A program made the position numbers and the translations under genes. A DNA stretch of 24,450 nt, taken from positions 1-24,450 of the IMG/VR virus record IMGVR_UViG_3300044724_001442. The stretch is one strand, 5' to 3'. Source of the DNA: a virus (taxonomy: Duplodnaviria > Caudoviricetes). The notes beneath the pieces were generated by a model, which saw only the letters and a list, made by a program, of their open reading frames with translations, searched no databases and was not told the DNA's origin. Position 1 is the stretch's first letter. Every line of letters begins with the position of its first letter. Below are positions 8,901 to 16,818 of this stretch, in pieces.

Positions 8901-10616
8901 TGCTAATTGTGTAGCTACAACTGGGTCAACTAATGTAGCATCACCTGCAATAGGTTTCTTTAATATTTTTCTTACAAGATTAGTTATTGGTAATTCATTA
9001 CCTTTAGAATCAGTTGCATATTTTCTACCTATTGATTTGTAATTACCACCTTCAGAATAAAACTGTGCCATAACGCTAGTGCCTTCATCAACAAGTTTTG
9101 TTACAGAATCTGACAATCCAGTAACTACACCTTTCTTATCTATCTTGCCACCTAAGTTTTTAACAACTGCTGGTTTAAAATCTTTTTGAAAAAAATTAAC
9201 TAAGTTTTTTGTTACTTCTGTAGATGCGTCTGATGAATTAAGAGCATCTAATGTTTTATTCATATATGTTTTTGTTAACTTAGCTGCTTGGTCTTTATCC
9301 ATTTCACTTGTAGCCAGTCTAAGTAATCTATTCATCTGGACCATTGCATCATCTACATTTTGTGTGTTTATACGAGGACCATAATTTTTTTCTAACATCT
9401 TTGTCATACGGTTACCTTTATAATTTATTTTTGGTAAATTGTTATTTGTTATTTTTACAAGATGTTCGTCAACAAACTTTGTCATTTCTTTATCTATTTG
9501 GTCAAATGTTTTCTTTTGATTTTTCTTTTTAAACTTTCTAAGTTCTGTAAAAAATTCTGCGTCATTTATTTTTTCATTTGACCTAGTAATAATTACACTT
9601 TGATTATCTGCGTTATCCCATAAAAACTTTTTAAAAGCTAAACCAGCATCACCAGCTAAATATTGTTGTGTAGTAGGTCCGTGTATTGTTTTTCTTGCAG
9701 CACCAATAAGTCCTGAGTTTTCAAACTTACGCATCTCCTCTACAGATGTAAATGCTTTTCTTAATTTACCTACCTTTGATAAACCTAATGTAGCTAAAGC
9801 TGCAGGGTCTAAAAAGATTTGTGCAACTACATCAATAGCTCCAGTAATAAAATTATAAGCTCCTGTACCTGGTTCTACTATTTCATCAAACGGTTTAAAC
9901 AAGTACCGACCAATAGTAACAGTTGGGTCTAAACCAGCTTCTCTAAATTTTTCTGCTCGTTCTCCAACAAACTGTACACCTGTTTCAGCTTTTAATCTTT
10001 GTTGTTCGTATATCTGAGCACCAAGAATATTGTTAAGTACAAACTCTCTAGCATCTACTGGTTTTACTCCTGAAGCTACTAAGTTCTTATACTCTTCAGT
10101 TTGTGTTGGGTCTGTACTTCCAAGAAATAAACCTTCTCCTAAGTCTATATCTTTACCAGATTGTTTTGCTTCTATAGCAGCACCAAACAATGATGCTTTG
10201 GATGCTTCTCTAGCTTCTTCGTCTGACATACCTTGTTGTTTAGCTTCAAGATATCTTACTGCTCTAGGAGCACCTTCTTCCCATAATCCTTGAAATCCAA
10301 GAAAAAGTCCTTTAAGACCTGACTTTGCTTTTTCTTTAGCAAAAATACCTGCAGATTTTAAAGCACCTTTTCCTTCTTCTTCTTTAATTATTGACTCTCT
10401 CATAATAACTTGTTCTAATCGTGGGTCATCTGGAGATATGTTTAATTTAACTGCACCTTGTAATACAGATGGATTTATTGTTGGATATCTTTTTACAATG
10501 TTTGTTGCTAACTGTGCTTGTTCTTTATTAACAGTAGTCGGAGTTTTATCATTTTTCACAAGTTCTGTTGCTTGTGAATCTTCTACAAAGTCACTATCAA
10601 ATATTGAATATGACAT
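5907..10616 (-). CDS. Very large internal virion/DNA ejection protein (probable)
   Basis: 1569 aa, helical, Lys/Ala-rich. Segments such as FFKPLVLLRPAWTLRVIAEEQVR and LFPFGEAFVEIFTTW resemble large podovirus ejection proteins. No catalytic motif recognised. Confidence 0.55.
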   Translation of the reverse strand: MSYSIFDSDFVEDSQATELVKNDKTPTTVNKEQAQLATNIVKRYPTINPSVLQGAVKLNISPDDPRLEQVIMRESIIKEEEGKGALKSAGIFAKEKAKSGLKGLFLGFQGLWEEGAPRAVRYLEAKQQGMSDEEAREASKASLFGAAIEAKQSGKDIDLGEGLFLGSTDPTQTEEYKNLVASGVKPVDAREFVLNNILGAQIYEQQRLKAETGVQFVGERAEKFREAGLDPTVTIGRYLFKPFDEIVEPGTGAYNFITGAIDVVAQIFLDPAALATLGLSKVGKLRKAFTSVEEMRKFENSGLIGAARKTIHGPTTQQYLAGDAGLAFKKFLWDNADNQSVIITRSNEKINDAEFFTELRKFKKKNQKKTFDQIDKEMTKFVDEHLVKITNNNLPKINYKGNRMTKMLEKNYGPRINTQNVDDAMVQMNRLLRLATSEMDKDQAAKLTKTYMNKTLDALNSSDASTEVTKNLVNFFQKDFKPAVVKNLGGKIDKKGVVTGLSDSVTKLVDEGTSVMAQFYSEGGNYKSIGRKYATDSKGNELPITNLVRKILKKPIAGDATLVDPVVATQLANEIYLPNPAQLARAAKALDSRLGAAGTKFLAQQGPDTIRRAMDWYYGGFFKPLVLLRPAWTLRVIAEEQVRLLSSGVTNVVRHPIDFITRAFNKPPDVQVGLINSFQNNAYHMQAMSDTVGTLSSIRRRYAGSGTWSTLNKGTNLTAWKEAAFRNVMQAYFDPMSKELAAIQRLQGSARNNAMRALKKKANTQGSQLNNHIRKITGAKDHMFHGAGRASAKGKALADEFINYVNANVAQVAGGVVETTTKAGATAASSRWIKETGKDELLEFISRKTGADGKPFADIDMSGLEKVDFKKYWQGQLEDIEYNKITEQLAKNQDAVKKDFFNKYLDLLPDTVKAELFDKSRSIQIFNAQIDKLYDLLMTVPTNKLSRSPAFKSFYWTKVAEAAQHATPATLKKIIKQADNIGLSKGSSVEKKAYKKIKSYTGDKGGIKDIEIIDKIGASFALDKTKGLLYDVTTRTRLGQATRGLFPFGEAFVEIFTTWAKIIGQERGRPLRRAQQLVQAGRKPNPVFDDEANKGFFYRDPLTNQELFGYPFEGLIKKWMFRDLEENGVKVNLPIYLQSINLAANVIPGFGPTITVPASYLNSKFEIFKPEGVAQFLLFGDFSPPRAATIGEALTSLAPLPSWMKKFGTAFMQNSDETKRMFNNTVIETYKALLFANLASDASPAEAQKGLELAAEYAQKIFMIRAASQFLGPSGIVTPKYEISDRSGNWFLFETLAEEWRNIEQNAPDIDTAFREFTNKYSFDPITLATAKTETLKKRPVTADGADWERKNPELVKKFDLTYGYLIDETDAEFSYDAYWNQLVEGERVPRTPEQWQRAKNILKGNLEFEAWLIRNDLVNRTDKVATQAKRNKKAELASRYFGYGLAIPGSVKKPEIDEIIMELYTWFNPVTYQIIPELKNEPVAKALLEYVKERDKVIDVTTKMPGQNYLATSFRNSAKLAPYRAHLRRVKSAILVKYPEAESLLENVFERELREEYEDIELLKALNE

Positions 10617-10617
10617 A

Positions 10618-11001
10618 TTATCTTATTAATCTAGCTAACGACTCATCACCTGTTATTGCAATAATTTCTTCTATAAATTGTTCTGCAGTTTGCACTGGTT
10701 GTGCAGGACCTACTCCAGCACCAAATGGTAACCCTGCTGTTACTGGTTCTTGTTTTTTTCTAGTAGCATCAAATACAGCTAAATCTTCTGGTAGCATTCT
10801 ATTTCTAAACTGTGCTTGTGCAGTTATATCTTGTACTGGTGGTAACTGTGATACTATTTCATTTTTAAATTCAGGAGTATCTGCTAATTCATTCTTAATT
10901 TTAGTTTTATCACCATATGTCATAGATACGTTATCTACATAATTTCTAGCTGGTGGTTGTACATTAAGTTGTGTTTTTGTTACTTTAGGTGCTCTACTCA
11001 T
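10618..11001 (-). CDS. Phage protein downstream of portal
   Basis: Start at MSRAPK (ATG 11001, GAGGAAG upstream). Contains EPVTAGLPFGAGVGP, a motif I recall from post-portal proteins of related phages. Confidence 0.6.
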   Translation of the reverse strand: MSRAPKVTKTQLNVQPPARNYVDNVSMTYGDKTKIKNELADTPEFKNEIVSQLPPVQDITAQAQFRNRMLPEDLAVFDATRKKQEPVTAGLPFGAGVGPAQPVQTAEQFIEEIIAITGDESLARLIR

Positions 11002-11194
11002 CTTCTTCCTCTTCATCGTAATACATAAATGTAGAACTTATAATCATATAACCAAATGGAAATACTAAAGGTGGTAATTGGTCATAAAATACTTTAGCTT
11101 CTTCTTTTTCTTGAAAAATAATAGCATCACCTTTTTCATCAATATCACCTAAAGAGTTATGTACTATCTCTGCAAAATCTTTATTAATTGACAT
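10994..11194 (-). CDS. Hypothetical protein
   Basis: 66 aa, TAATG-coupled to portal, acidic tail overlapping the next RBS and start. Confidence 0.6.
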   Translation of the reverse strand: MSINKDFAEIVHNSLGDIDEKGDAIIFQEKEEAKVFYDQLPPLVFPFGYMIISSTFMYYDEEEEDE

Positions 11195-12945
11195 TATCCA
11201 CCCATACCCATAAGCATTTGTTGTATGCCTGGTGGAGGACCCTGTGGTGGTAAGGTCTCTCCTCCAAGCAATGCTTGTTCTTCTGGTGACATTTGTGGTT
11301 CTTTAGGAGTATAAAACTTTTCTAATATACTTTGCATATCATTAGGATTTTTTCTTACTTCTATTACAGCCATTAACGCTTTAGGGTCCCCTTGTTGTGC
11401 TTGAGCCAATAACGTTTCAAATAAAACTTTGTCTGCTTTTTCTTTTGTAATTCTTTCGTTAACTACACCTAAGTTATCTAAACCATCTAAGTTTTCTTGT
11501 AGTGTCTGTGAATCAATAATTCCAGCACTAAGTAATTGCAGCCCTGTTACAATCTTTTGTGGTTCGTCGTAACCAGCCATAGCACCATACACTCTTCGTG
11601 TTTTATAAGAACCTTGTATATCTTTTAGTGGCTCATAATTTTCTGAAAAGAATTTATTATCTGCATATCCTGATAAATGTTTAGTCATTCCACCATACAT
11701 TTTTTCATCCCACTCTAATCTTTTAGCATCAATCATTTGTATAGCGTCAGCCATAACTGTGTGATACTCTCTAATCATTAGAGACATAGATGCACCCAAC
11801 TCTTCTAACCCTCTACCAGTTGCAAAGCTAAGTGGAGACTGTGAGTCATCAGTTGTAGGGTAAGAACCACCAACACGAAGTTGTCGTTCTATTCTATCTA
11901 TCTGTTGAAAAATTTGATAAGGAACATTTGATGCAGGTTTACTGACTTGTGTTCCTGGAGCTAGATAGTTTACAGCAAATCTACCTTTACGATATTGTCC
12001 TGATTCTATCTCACCAGATATGTTTGTCTCTGTAAAGACTGCATCTTCCATAGCTATTATTGACATCACATTAATCTTTGCCATTGAAGCCATAAGACCT
12101 ATGATTTGGTCATACTGTCCTTGTAATCTGTCAAAAGCAAATTTCTTTGCAACAACAAATGCAGGACCACTTTCAAGTGGGTTAGGTATGAAGTCAAGAA
12201 TAGTTCCTGATGTCATATGGAATATGTAAGTTCCATCTAAGTTGTAATACTCTGCAATTAAATCTCCATCACCATTGGAGTTAGCCCAAGAGCCATTGTA
12301 TGAATCTGTATAAGCAGAAGCATACGCATTACCTACACCAAGAATGTTTGTGTTATAGGTGTCTTTTTCTTTAGACATAATCTTGTCTTTTGCATTTGGA
12401 TATGTTTTAGCAAGAGCTTCTTTAGGAACTCTTCTAATTATTGCCATTTCTTTTGGTTGTTGGTCTGCACCAAAGTAACCAGGAAAACAGTTGTAAGGGT
12501 CTCTTAGTTCTGCTACAGGATATGGTGTACCATTAGCATCTTTCTTTTCTCTAATAACCCAAACAGAAAAACCATAACCAGGTAACCATCTACCTACTTG
12601 TGGCATTTGTAAATCTAATTTTTGTACATCATCATAAGCAGATACGATTCTAAATATTTTTTCTGATTTAATTCTTGCTCTTTCTGAATCTTTGTTATTT
12701 GGTATATCTACTTTAAGATTTGGAATACGACCAATCTTTTGTGCTAAATGGTCAAGACCTGACATCATTAAATTAGGTACAGGTACTTGGAAATCTTGAA
12801 AACCTTTTAGTTGGTCACCTAGTAAAGCTGTAATACCATCAGGTCCACCATTCATAATTGCACGAATACGACCACGAGTAGTGTAAGCACTTTGATTATC
12901 AAAGTGTAATTGAGTAATAGCGTATTGTATTTCTTCAGGTGTCAT
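11194..12945 (-). CDS. Portal protein
   Basis: 583 aa directly after the terminase. Portal-like size and segments (LRDPYNCFPG, GQYDQIIGL, ATGRGLEEL) and a Pro/Gln/Gly-rich C-terminus. Confidence 0.85.
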   Translation of the reverse strand: MTPEEIQYAITQLHFDNQSAYTTRGRIRAIMNGGPDGITALLGDQLKGFQDFQVPVPNLMMSGLDHLAQKIGRIPNLKVDIPNNKDSERARIKSEKIFRIVSAYDDVQKLDLQMPQVGRWLPGYGFSVWVIREKKDANGTPYPVAELRDPYNCFPGYFGADQQPKEMAIIRRVPKEALAKTYPNAKDKIMSKEKDTYNTNILGVGNAYASAYTDSYNGSWANSNGDGDLIAEYYNLDGTYIFHMTSGTILDFIPNPLESGPAFVVAKKFAFDRLQGQYDQIIGLMASMAKINVMSIIAMEDAVFTETNISGEIESGQYRKGRFAVNYLAPGTQVSKPASNVPYQIFQQIDRIERQLRVGGSYPTTDDSQSPLSFATGRGLEELGASMSLMIREYHTVMADAIQMIDAKRLEWDEKMYGGMTKHLSGYADNKFFSENYEPLKDIQGSYKTRRVYGAMAGYDEPQKIVTGLQLLSAGIIDSQTLQENLDGLDNLGVVNERITKEKADKVLFETLLAQAQQGDPKALMAVIEVRKNPNDMQSILEKFYTPKEPQMSPEEQALLGGETLPPQGPPPGIQQMLMGMGG

Positions 12946-12946
12946 C

Positions 12947-14818
12947 TTAACCCCACGGTGCTTCGTTCATATTGCTTATATCCCATTCTCCAAAACTAGG
13001 TTTATAATCTAATCCTACCTCAGCTAATCTTTCTTTTCCTAATCTTCTAATAACTTTTAAAGGAAACCAAGATGCCATAACAACATCAGATTTGTACCCT
13101 TTATTATTTTTCGACTTACTAGCAGCAGAAGAAAAATAAATTAACTGTCTACGATATATATTACTCTTAACTTCAGAATCTGCATCACCATATGGCAAAT
13201 TAATCAAGTTCTCTTTAAATAGCTGTGCCATACTTCCAACACCAAATATTGGGTCGTGTTTGTTTTTATTTGTCTGATGACCTTCTAAATAAATACCAAA
13301 TCTTGCACAATAGTCTTTTATTTTTTCATCTTGTCTTATTGCTTTTTGAAATCCATTTTCTTCAATAACCCAATGAGACAATCCATATTTTTCATACCAG
13401 CGTTTAATTGTTTCTTTAGCCTGTATGACTCCACCACCCTCTTCATTTTCTATATCTACTAAATACAACATACCTGTATCAGTATTAGCTGCCCACAAAA
13501 AAGCTGCTTGATATCCTGTAGACGCAGGGTCTAATCCTGCAATCAAATGTGTGCCTGCTGGTATGTTACCTATTCTTCTATTAACATCTCTACATTGGTC
13601 AATCTCTTCAGAATTAAATAAAGTTATACCATCAACAAAGGCTTTATTAAGATATACCATTTCAAAAATAGCTTTACCACCAGTTGTTTCAGCAGCTTGT
13701 TTACGAGACATTAACCACTTGTATGTTCGTTTTGTTTTCCATAACATACAATCAGTATGTTCCTCTATTTCATTTTCAGGCAAAATACATTCTGAACTAT
13801 GTGCCTCTTCTACAATTGTCTCCATCTCTGGGTTGTCTAGTAAGAAGTTATATAAATCTTCTGGGTGTTGTCTTGAACCTATAACAACAATAGCTGTGTG
13901 TTCCTCTTTACGAGATGACAAGGTAGTTGTCCACCATTGTCTAGTTTGTTCTCTAGCAGAAGGTTGCACTGTTGTACCGTGGTCTTCAATGTCGTCTGCA
14001 ATTATTATGTCGCAGTCACGAGAAAGTATTTTACCACCTTTACCTACAGCAACCATTGTTGGTGATTTAATACCTGTAACAGTCCTAGTAGATACTGTAA
14101 ATTGTCCTGATGACCAAGATTTACCTGACCTTACTTTAGGTTGAAATTGTCCACCTGGTCCACAAAAATCTTCTTTAAGTGCTTCGTTGTTTTCTAAATG
14201 GTCAAGAACAGCACCTACTGCATTCTTTGCAATTTCTTCATTACCACCAACCCACATAATTCTTGTATTAGGATTTTTACAAATCTGCCACACAGCAAAG
14301 TGTGTAAGTAAGTCTGTCTTGCCGTGTCGTGGTGGTGAGAGTATCATACGTTCTCCACCTTCTTTAATTGCACTAATTATTGAATTAATCCATTTTTCGT
14401 GAAAGTCTGCTGTTTCATATCTAGCACCTGTTTCTGTTTGAAAGTACCTATCTCTAAATGTTTTAAAACTATCTAATGCTTCTACAGCTTCTTGTGGTGT
14501 TTCCCAATCTTCTTGTAATTCAAATATCTCTTTATCTTCTTGATATGCAGAAAACATACGAGAGACACTTGATTGATTACAACCTAGTAGTTTTGATACC
14601 TGAGCTTGTGTTATTTCAGCATTTTCTAATAGTGCTGCATATTTAAGAACAAACTCTTCATAGTGTGGACCTCTAAAAGAATCCTCTGATTTATTTTTTA
14701 TTTCTATAGGTTTATTATTTTTTTCTCGCCAGTAAAAAGCCTTTTTACATTTTTCAGAACAAAACTTTTTCTGTCTACCTTTTAAACCTTTACGGCATTT
14801 AGGTCCTTGACATTTCAT
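12947..14818 (-). CDS. terL: Terminase large subunit with N-terminal Zn-finger and HTH extension
   Basis: Walker A SPPRHGKT, Walker B IIIADDIED, motif III VIGSRQHPEDLY, nuclease GLDPA, IEENGFQ and SDVVMASW. Confidence 0.95.
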   Translation of the reverse strand: MKCQGPKCRKGLKGRQKKFCSEKCKKAFYWREKNNKPIEIKNKSEDSFRGPHYEEFVLKYAALLENAEITQAQVSKLLGCNQSSVSRMFSAYQEDKEIFELQEDWETPQEAVEALDSFKTFRDRYFQTETGARYETADFHEKWINSIISAIKEGGERMILSPPRHGKTDLLTHFAVWQICKNPNTRIMWVGGNEEIAKNAVGAVLDHLENNEALKEDFCGPGGQFQPKVRSGKSWSSGQFTVSTRTVTGIKSPTMVAVGKGGKILSRDCDIIIADDIEDHGTTVQPSAREQTRQWWTTTLSSRKEEHTAIVVIGSRQHPEDLYNFLLDNPEMETIVEEAHSSECILPENEIEEHTDCMLWKTKRTYKWLMSRKQAAETTGGKAIFEMVYLNKAFVDGITLFNSEEIDQCRDVNRRIGNIPAGTHLIAGLDPASTGYQAAFLWAANTDTGMLYLVDIENEEGGGVIQAKETIKRWYEKYGLSHWVIEENGFQKAIRQDEKIKDYCARFGIYLEGHQTNKNKHDPIFGVGSMAQLFKENLINLPYGDADSEVKSNIYRRQLIYFSSAASKSKNNKGYKSDVVMASWFPLKVIRRLGKERLAEVGLDYKPSFGEWDISNMNEAPWG

Positions 14819-14826
14819 AAATTATA

Positions 14827-14961
14827 TTATTTTTTCTTCCAGCCTCTTTGCATAGCTCTATATGCTTTAGGGCTAATTGTAGAATTTTTTTTAGACCTAC
14901 TTGTTCCTGCTTTTTTTCTCTTGTTAATATTGCCAACTAAACTATTTTTTTTCTTAACCAT
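14827..14961 (-). CDS. Small basic protein (44 aa)
   Basis: Manual translation MVKKKNSLVGNINKRKKAGTSRSKKNSTISPKAYRAMQRGWKKK; TAATG-coupled; GAGGAAG upstream. Confidence 0.7.
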   Translation of the reverse strand: MVKKKNSLVGNINKRKKAGTSRSKKNSTISPKAYRAMQRGWKKK

Positions 14962-15071
14962 TACTTCCTCTTAAATCCATTCGTTGCGTAATACAACTGT
15001 ACTTGTTTTTTTGTATAAATTCTACCACTAGGTGATTTAAATTTATTAGGACCTATTTTTTGAAAAGGCAT
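14961..15071 (-). CDS. Small basic protein (36 aa)
   Basis: MPFQKIGPNKFKSPSGRIYTKKQVQLYYATNGFKRK; ATG sits next to the upstream stop. Confidence 0.65.
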   Translation of the reverse strand: MPFQKIGPNKFKSPSGRIYTKKQVQLYYATNGFKRK

Positions 15072-15072
15072 A

Positions 15073-15330
15073 TTACCACATCTTACAAGACCAATATCTT
15101 GCACTTGTCTTGTCTTTAGCTGTAGAACATTTGTGTCTGGCACGAAATGAAGCTCTAGCTTTTGGGTTATCTTTTCTTATTTCCATATTAGGGTCACCAA
15201 ACATAACCTTCTTAACTTTCCCATTAGACATTACAAACACTTTAAATTTCTTACGTCCATACCCTGGTTCACCTTTTTGAATCCTAGTGGGATTATTTAA
15301 CTTAACCTTCATTCCACGCCATTCAGCCAT
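15073..15330 (-). CDS. Basic phage protein (FRARHKC...ARYWSC type)
   Basis: 85 aa. KKV.FGDPNM.I.K..P..R.SFRARHKC......ARYWSC..W is a motif I recognise from marine phages; function unknown. Confidence 0.8.
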   Translation of the reverse strand: MAEWRGMKVKLNNPTRIQKGEPGYGRKKFKVFVMSNGKVKKVMFGDPNMEIRKDNPKARASFRARHKCSTAKDKTSARYWSCKMW

Positions 15331-15398
15331 TATCTTCTTTTTCTAGAACCTTTCTTAGTTGTCATTCTTTTTTTGTATTTATAACCTTTACCAGGCAT
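15330..15398 (-). CDS. Very small Lys/Arg-rich peptide (22 aa)
   Basis: MPGKGYKYKKRMTTKKGSRKRR; AGGAG RBS upstream; TAATG-coupled to the next gene. Confidence 0.65.
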   Translation of the reverse strand: MPGKGYKYKKRMTTKKGSRKRR

Positions 15399-15428
15399 TT
15401 GCTTTCTCCTAACTATACTATATGTTGT

Positions 15429-15635
15429 ATGAGTGATTATATAAAAGGAAATAAATATCCTAATTACAAACCCTCTACTTCTTATACTAGTGGAAGAATT
15501 TGTTTGCAAGAGGATTGTAATACTGTTATATCAAAGTATAACAAGTATAGATATTGTAATAATCATAAACCAAAATCATATCCTAGAATCAAAGGTCGCC
15601 AGGCTCCGAAAAATTTACAAGAACCTAAGAAATAA
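15429..15635 (+). CDS. Small Cys/His Zn-binding protein, possibly leaderless
   Basis: GRIC...DC.T.ISKYN....C..H.....PRIKGR (C-C-C-H). TATACT at 15414-15419 just upstream and no RBS. Confidence 0.7.
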   Translation: MSDYIKGNKYPNYKPSTSYTSGRICLQEDCNTVISKYNKYRYCNNHKPKSYPRIKGRQAPKNLQEPKK

Positions 15636-15670
15636 CAAAACCCTACCTCGGGCAGAAGCAGGGCTTTGTT
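15634..15670 (-). terminator. Intrinsic terminator, minus strand (possibly bidirectional)
   Basis: Minus strand AACAAAGCCCTGCTTC-TGCCC-GAGGTAGGGTTTTGTT. Its mismatches are G-U only on the minus strand. Confidence 0.65.
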
Positions 15671-15799
15671 TATACAGTGTCCATACTGTTTTTAAGAAAA
15701 TGAAATACACAAATCATCCACTGTCCTTAAACCGATGAAAAGTTTTCTTTCTTTTCTAATCTGTATCCCCATACAGATACCTAAGACTTTCTTAGGTAT
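15634..15799 (-). ncRNA. Candidate small RNA of about 165 nt
   Basis: TATACT -10 at 15810-15805, two perfect 5' hairpins (15777-15799, 15759-15778) and its own terminator. Only ORFs under 20 codons inside. Confidence 0.45.
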
Positions 15800-15847
15800 T
15801 GAACAGTATATACTTATAGCAAAACTAGGTGGTAAAAAAAATTTTTT

Positions 15848-15967
15848 TTATTCAAAGAATCCTGATAAATCATTCTGACTGCAAGTAGAGCATAAGCCAT
15901 CATACAGGTCATCAGCCCAAGTAGGTTGCAAACACTGGTCACAGTCAACTGCTGGTATATCTGACAT
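15848..15967 (-). CDS. Zn-finger microprotein (39 aa)
   Basis: MSDIPAVDCDQCLQPTWADDLYDGLCSTCSQNDLSGFFE; two CxxC pairs; GGAGAGGA RBS. Confidence 0.7.
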   Translation of the reverse strand: MSDIPAVDCDQCLQPTWADDLYDGLCSTCSQNDLSGFFE

Positions 15968-16051
15968 AACTTTCCTCTCCATACCCTAGCTAGGCTAGGG
16001 CTATTATTTATATCGTACTAACAGGGAATCATAAAGAGAACTCTATGATAC

Positions 16052-16080
16052 TTGTATTATATACCAGGTGATGTTATAGT
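16052..16080 (+). promoter_or_regulatory. Sigma-A/sigma70-type promoter
   Basis: TTGTAT-17 bp-TATAGT with extended TG (TGtTATAGT). Confidence 0.65.
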
Positions 16081-16086
16081 TCAAGT

Positions 16087-16260
16087 AACAAATATTATTT
16101 AAAGGAAAGAAGTACAGGTAAAGAGGACATCAGGAGTACAAAAGGCTGGAATCGGTAATACGATACGGTAGGGAACGCAAACCAGCTACCCAAGGCTTCA
16201 AGAGATTAAATAATTAAAATTTTTCGCAACTGTATTGCATATAAAGCCTGCTATAAAAAA
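16087..16260 (+). ncRNA. Candidate small RNA
   Basis: Follows the 16052 promoter and has no ATG-initiated ORF. Closing stem ATTATTTAA/TTAAATAAT and internal stems at 16144-16190. Confidence 0.35.
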
Positions 16261-16285
16261 ACAACCCACTAGTAAGATAAAGATA

Positions 16286-16402
16286 TTGAAGAAATGTAAA
16301 GAGTGTGAAAACACACTAAAACAAGTAAGCAATACTAAACAATATTATTGTGATAGTGCACCTAGTGTATGTACACAATCACTTAAGGTAATTACCCTCT
16401 AA
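16286..16402 (+). CDS. Zn-ribbon microprotein (38 aa), leaderless TTG start
   Basis: (M)KKCKECENTLKQVSNTKQYYCDSAPSVCTQSLKVITL; TAAGAT -10 lies 7 nt before the TTG. Confidence 0.55.
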   Translation: MKKCKECENTLKQVSNTKQYYCDSAPSVCTQSLKVITL

Positions 16403-16531
16403 TTACCTTCTTTACTAGCCTTAATGCGTTAAATATTATGAGTGCCTACTTAGAATAGAATAGGTGCTCAAATTGACATTTGCATTTATATCCTATGTCT
16501 GACAAACCTAGTATATTAAGAGATAGTCTGC

Positions 16532-16571
16532 GTTTAAACAACTAGAGGTTTAAACAAAAGAAAGTTTAAAC
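16532..16571. repeat. Three GTTTAAAC palindromes at 16-bp period
   Basis: Copies at 16532, 16548 and 16564, each followed by AA. Bracketed by the imperfect inverted repeat TATGTC..ACCTAG / CTAGGT..GACATA. Confidence 0.85.
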
Positions 16572-16791
16572 AAATATGTTCTAGGTCTGACATACACCGT
16601 ACATTTTTTAAAACACCCTATACCCTTTTTGAGATGTTATGCGAGAGAATCGGAATGAAGATACCCAGTAAGACAAAGTAAGTACATCCTCACCAAGCCT
16701 AAGTTAGTACAATATAAAAGCAAGTAAGGAAAGAATCTAATCGCCTGAGCTCTATGTTTAAACAGCTTAAAAGAAATTTAAAATAAATACT

Positions 16792-16818
16792 TTGTATTAT
16801 GTCAAGACCTGTTATACT
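16792..16818 (+). promoter_or_regulatory. Early-region promoter (extended -10 TGtTATACT)
   Basis: TTGTATTAT...TGTTATACT, similar to the 16052 promoter. A/T-rich upstream tract and GTTTAAAC at 16756. Confidence 0.6.

Noticed and set aside
9893-9900. GTTTAAAC copy inside the 1569-aa gene as a regulatory site
   Set aside because: A single coding occurrence is consistent with chance and has no flanking hairpin.
5907-10616. Tape measure protein or N4-like virion RNA polymerase
   Set aside because: No tape-measure repeat pattern or tail-assembly context, and no polymerase catalytic motif recognised by eye.
270-14402. Plus-strand ORFs opposite the structural genes (e.g. 969-1373, 6688-7326, 13551-14144)
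   Set aside because: Antisense shadows of long, coupled minus-strand genes, with Ser-rich composition and no RBS noticed.
15490-15738. 82-aa plus-strand ORF
   Set aside because: Out-of-frame overlap with the Zn-binding ORF at 15429 and runs through a terminator hairpin.
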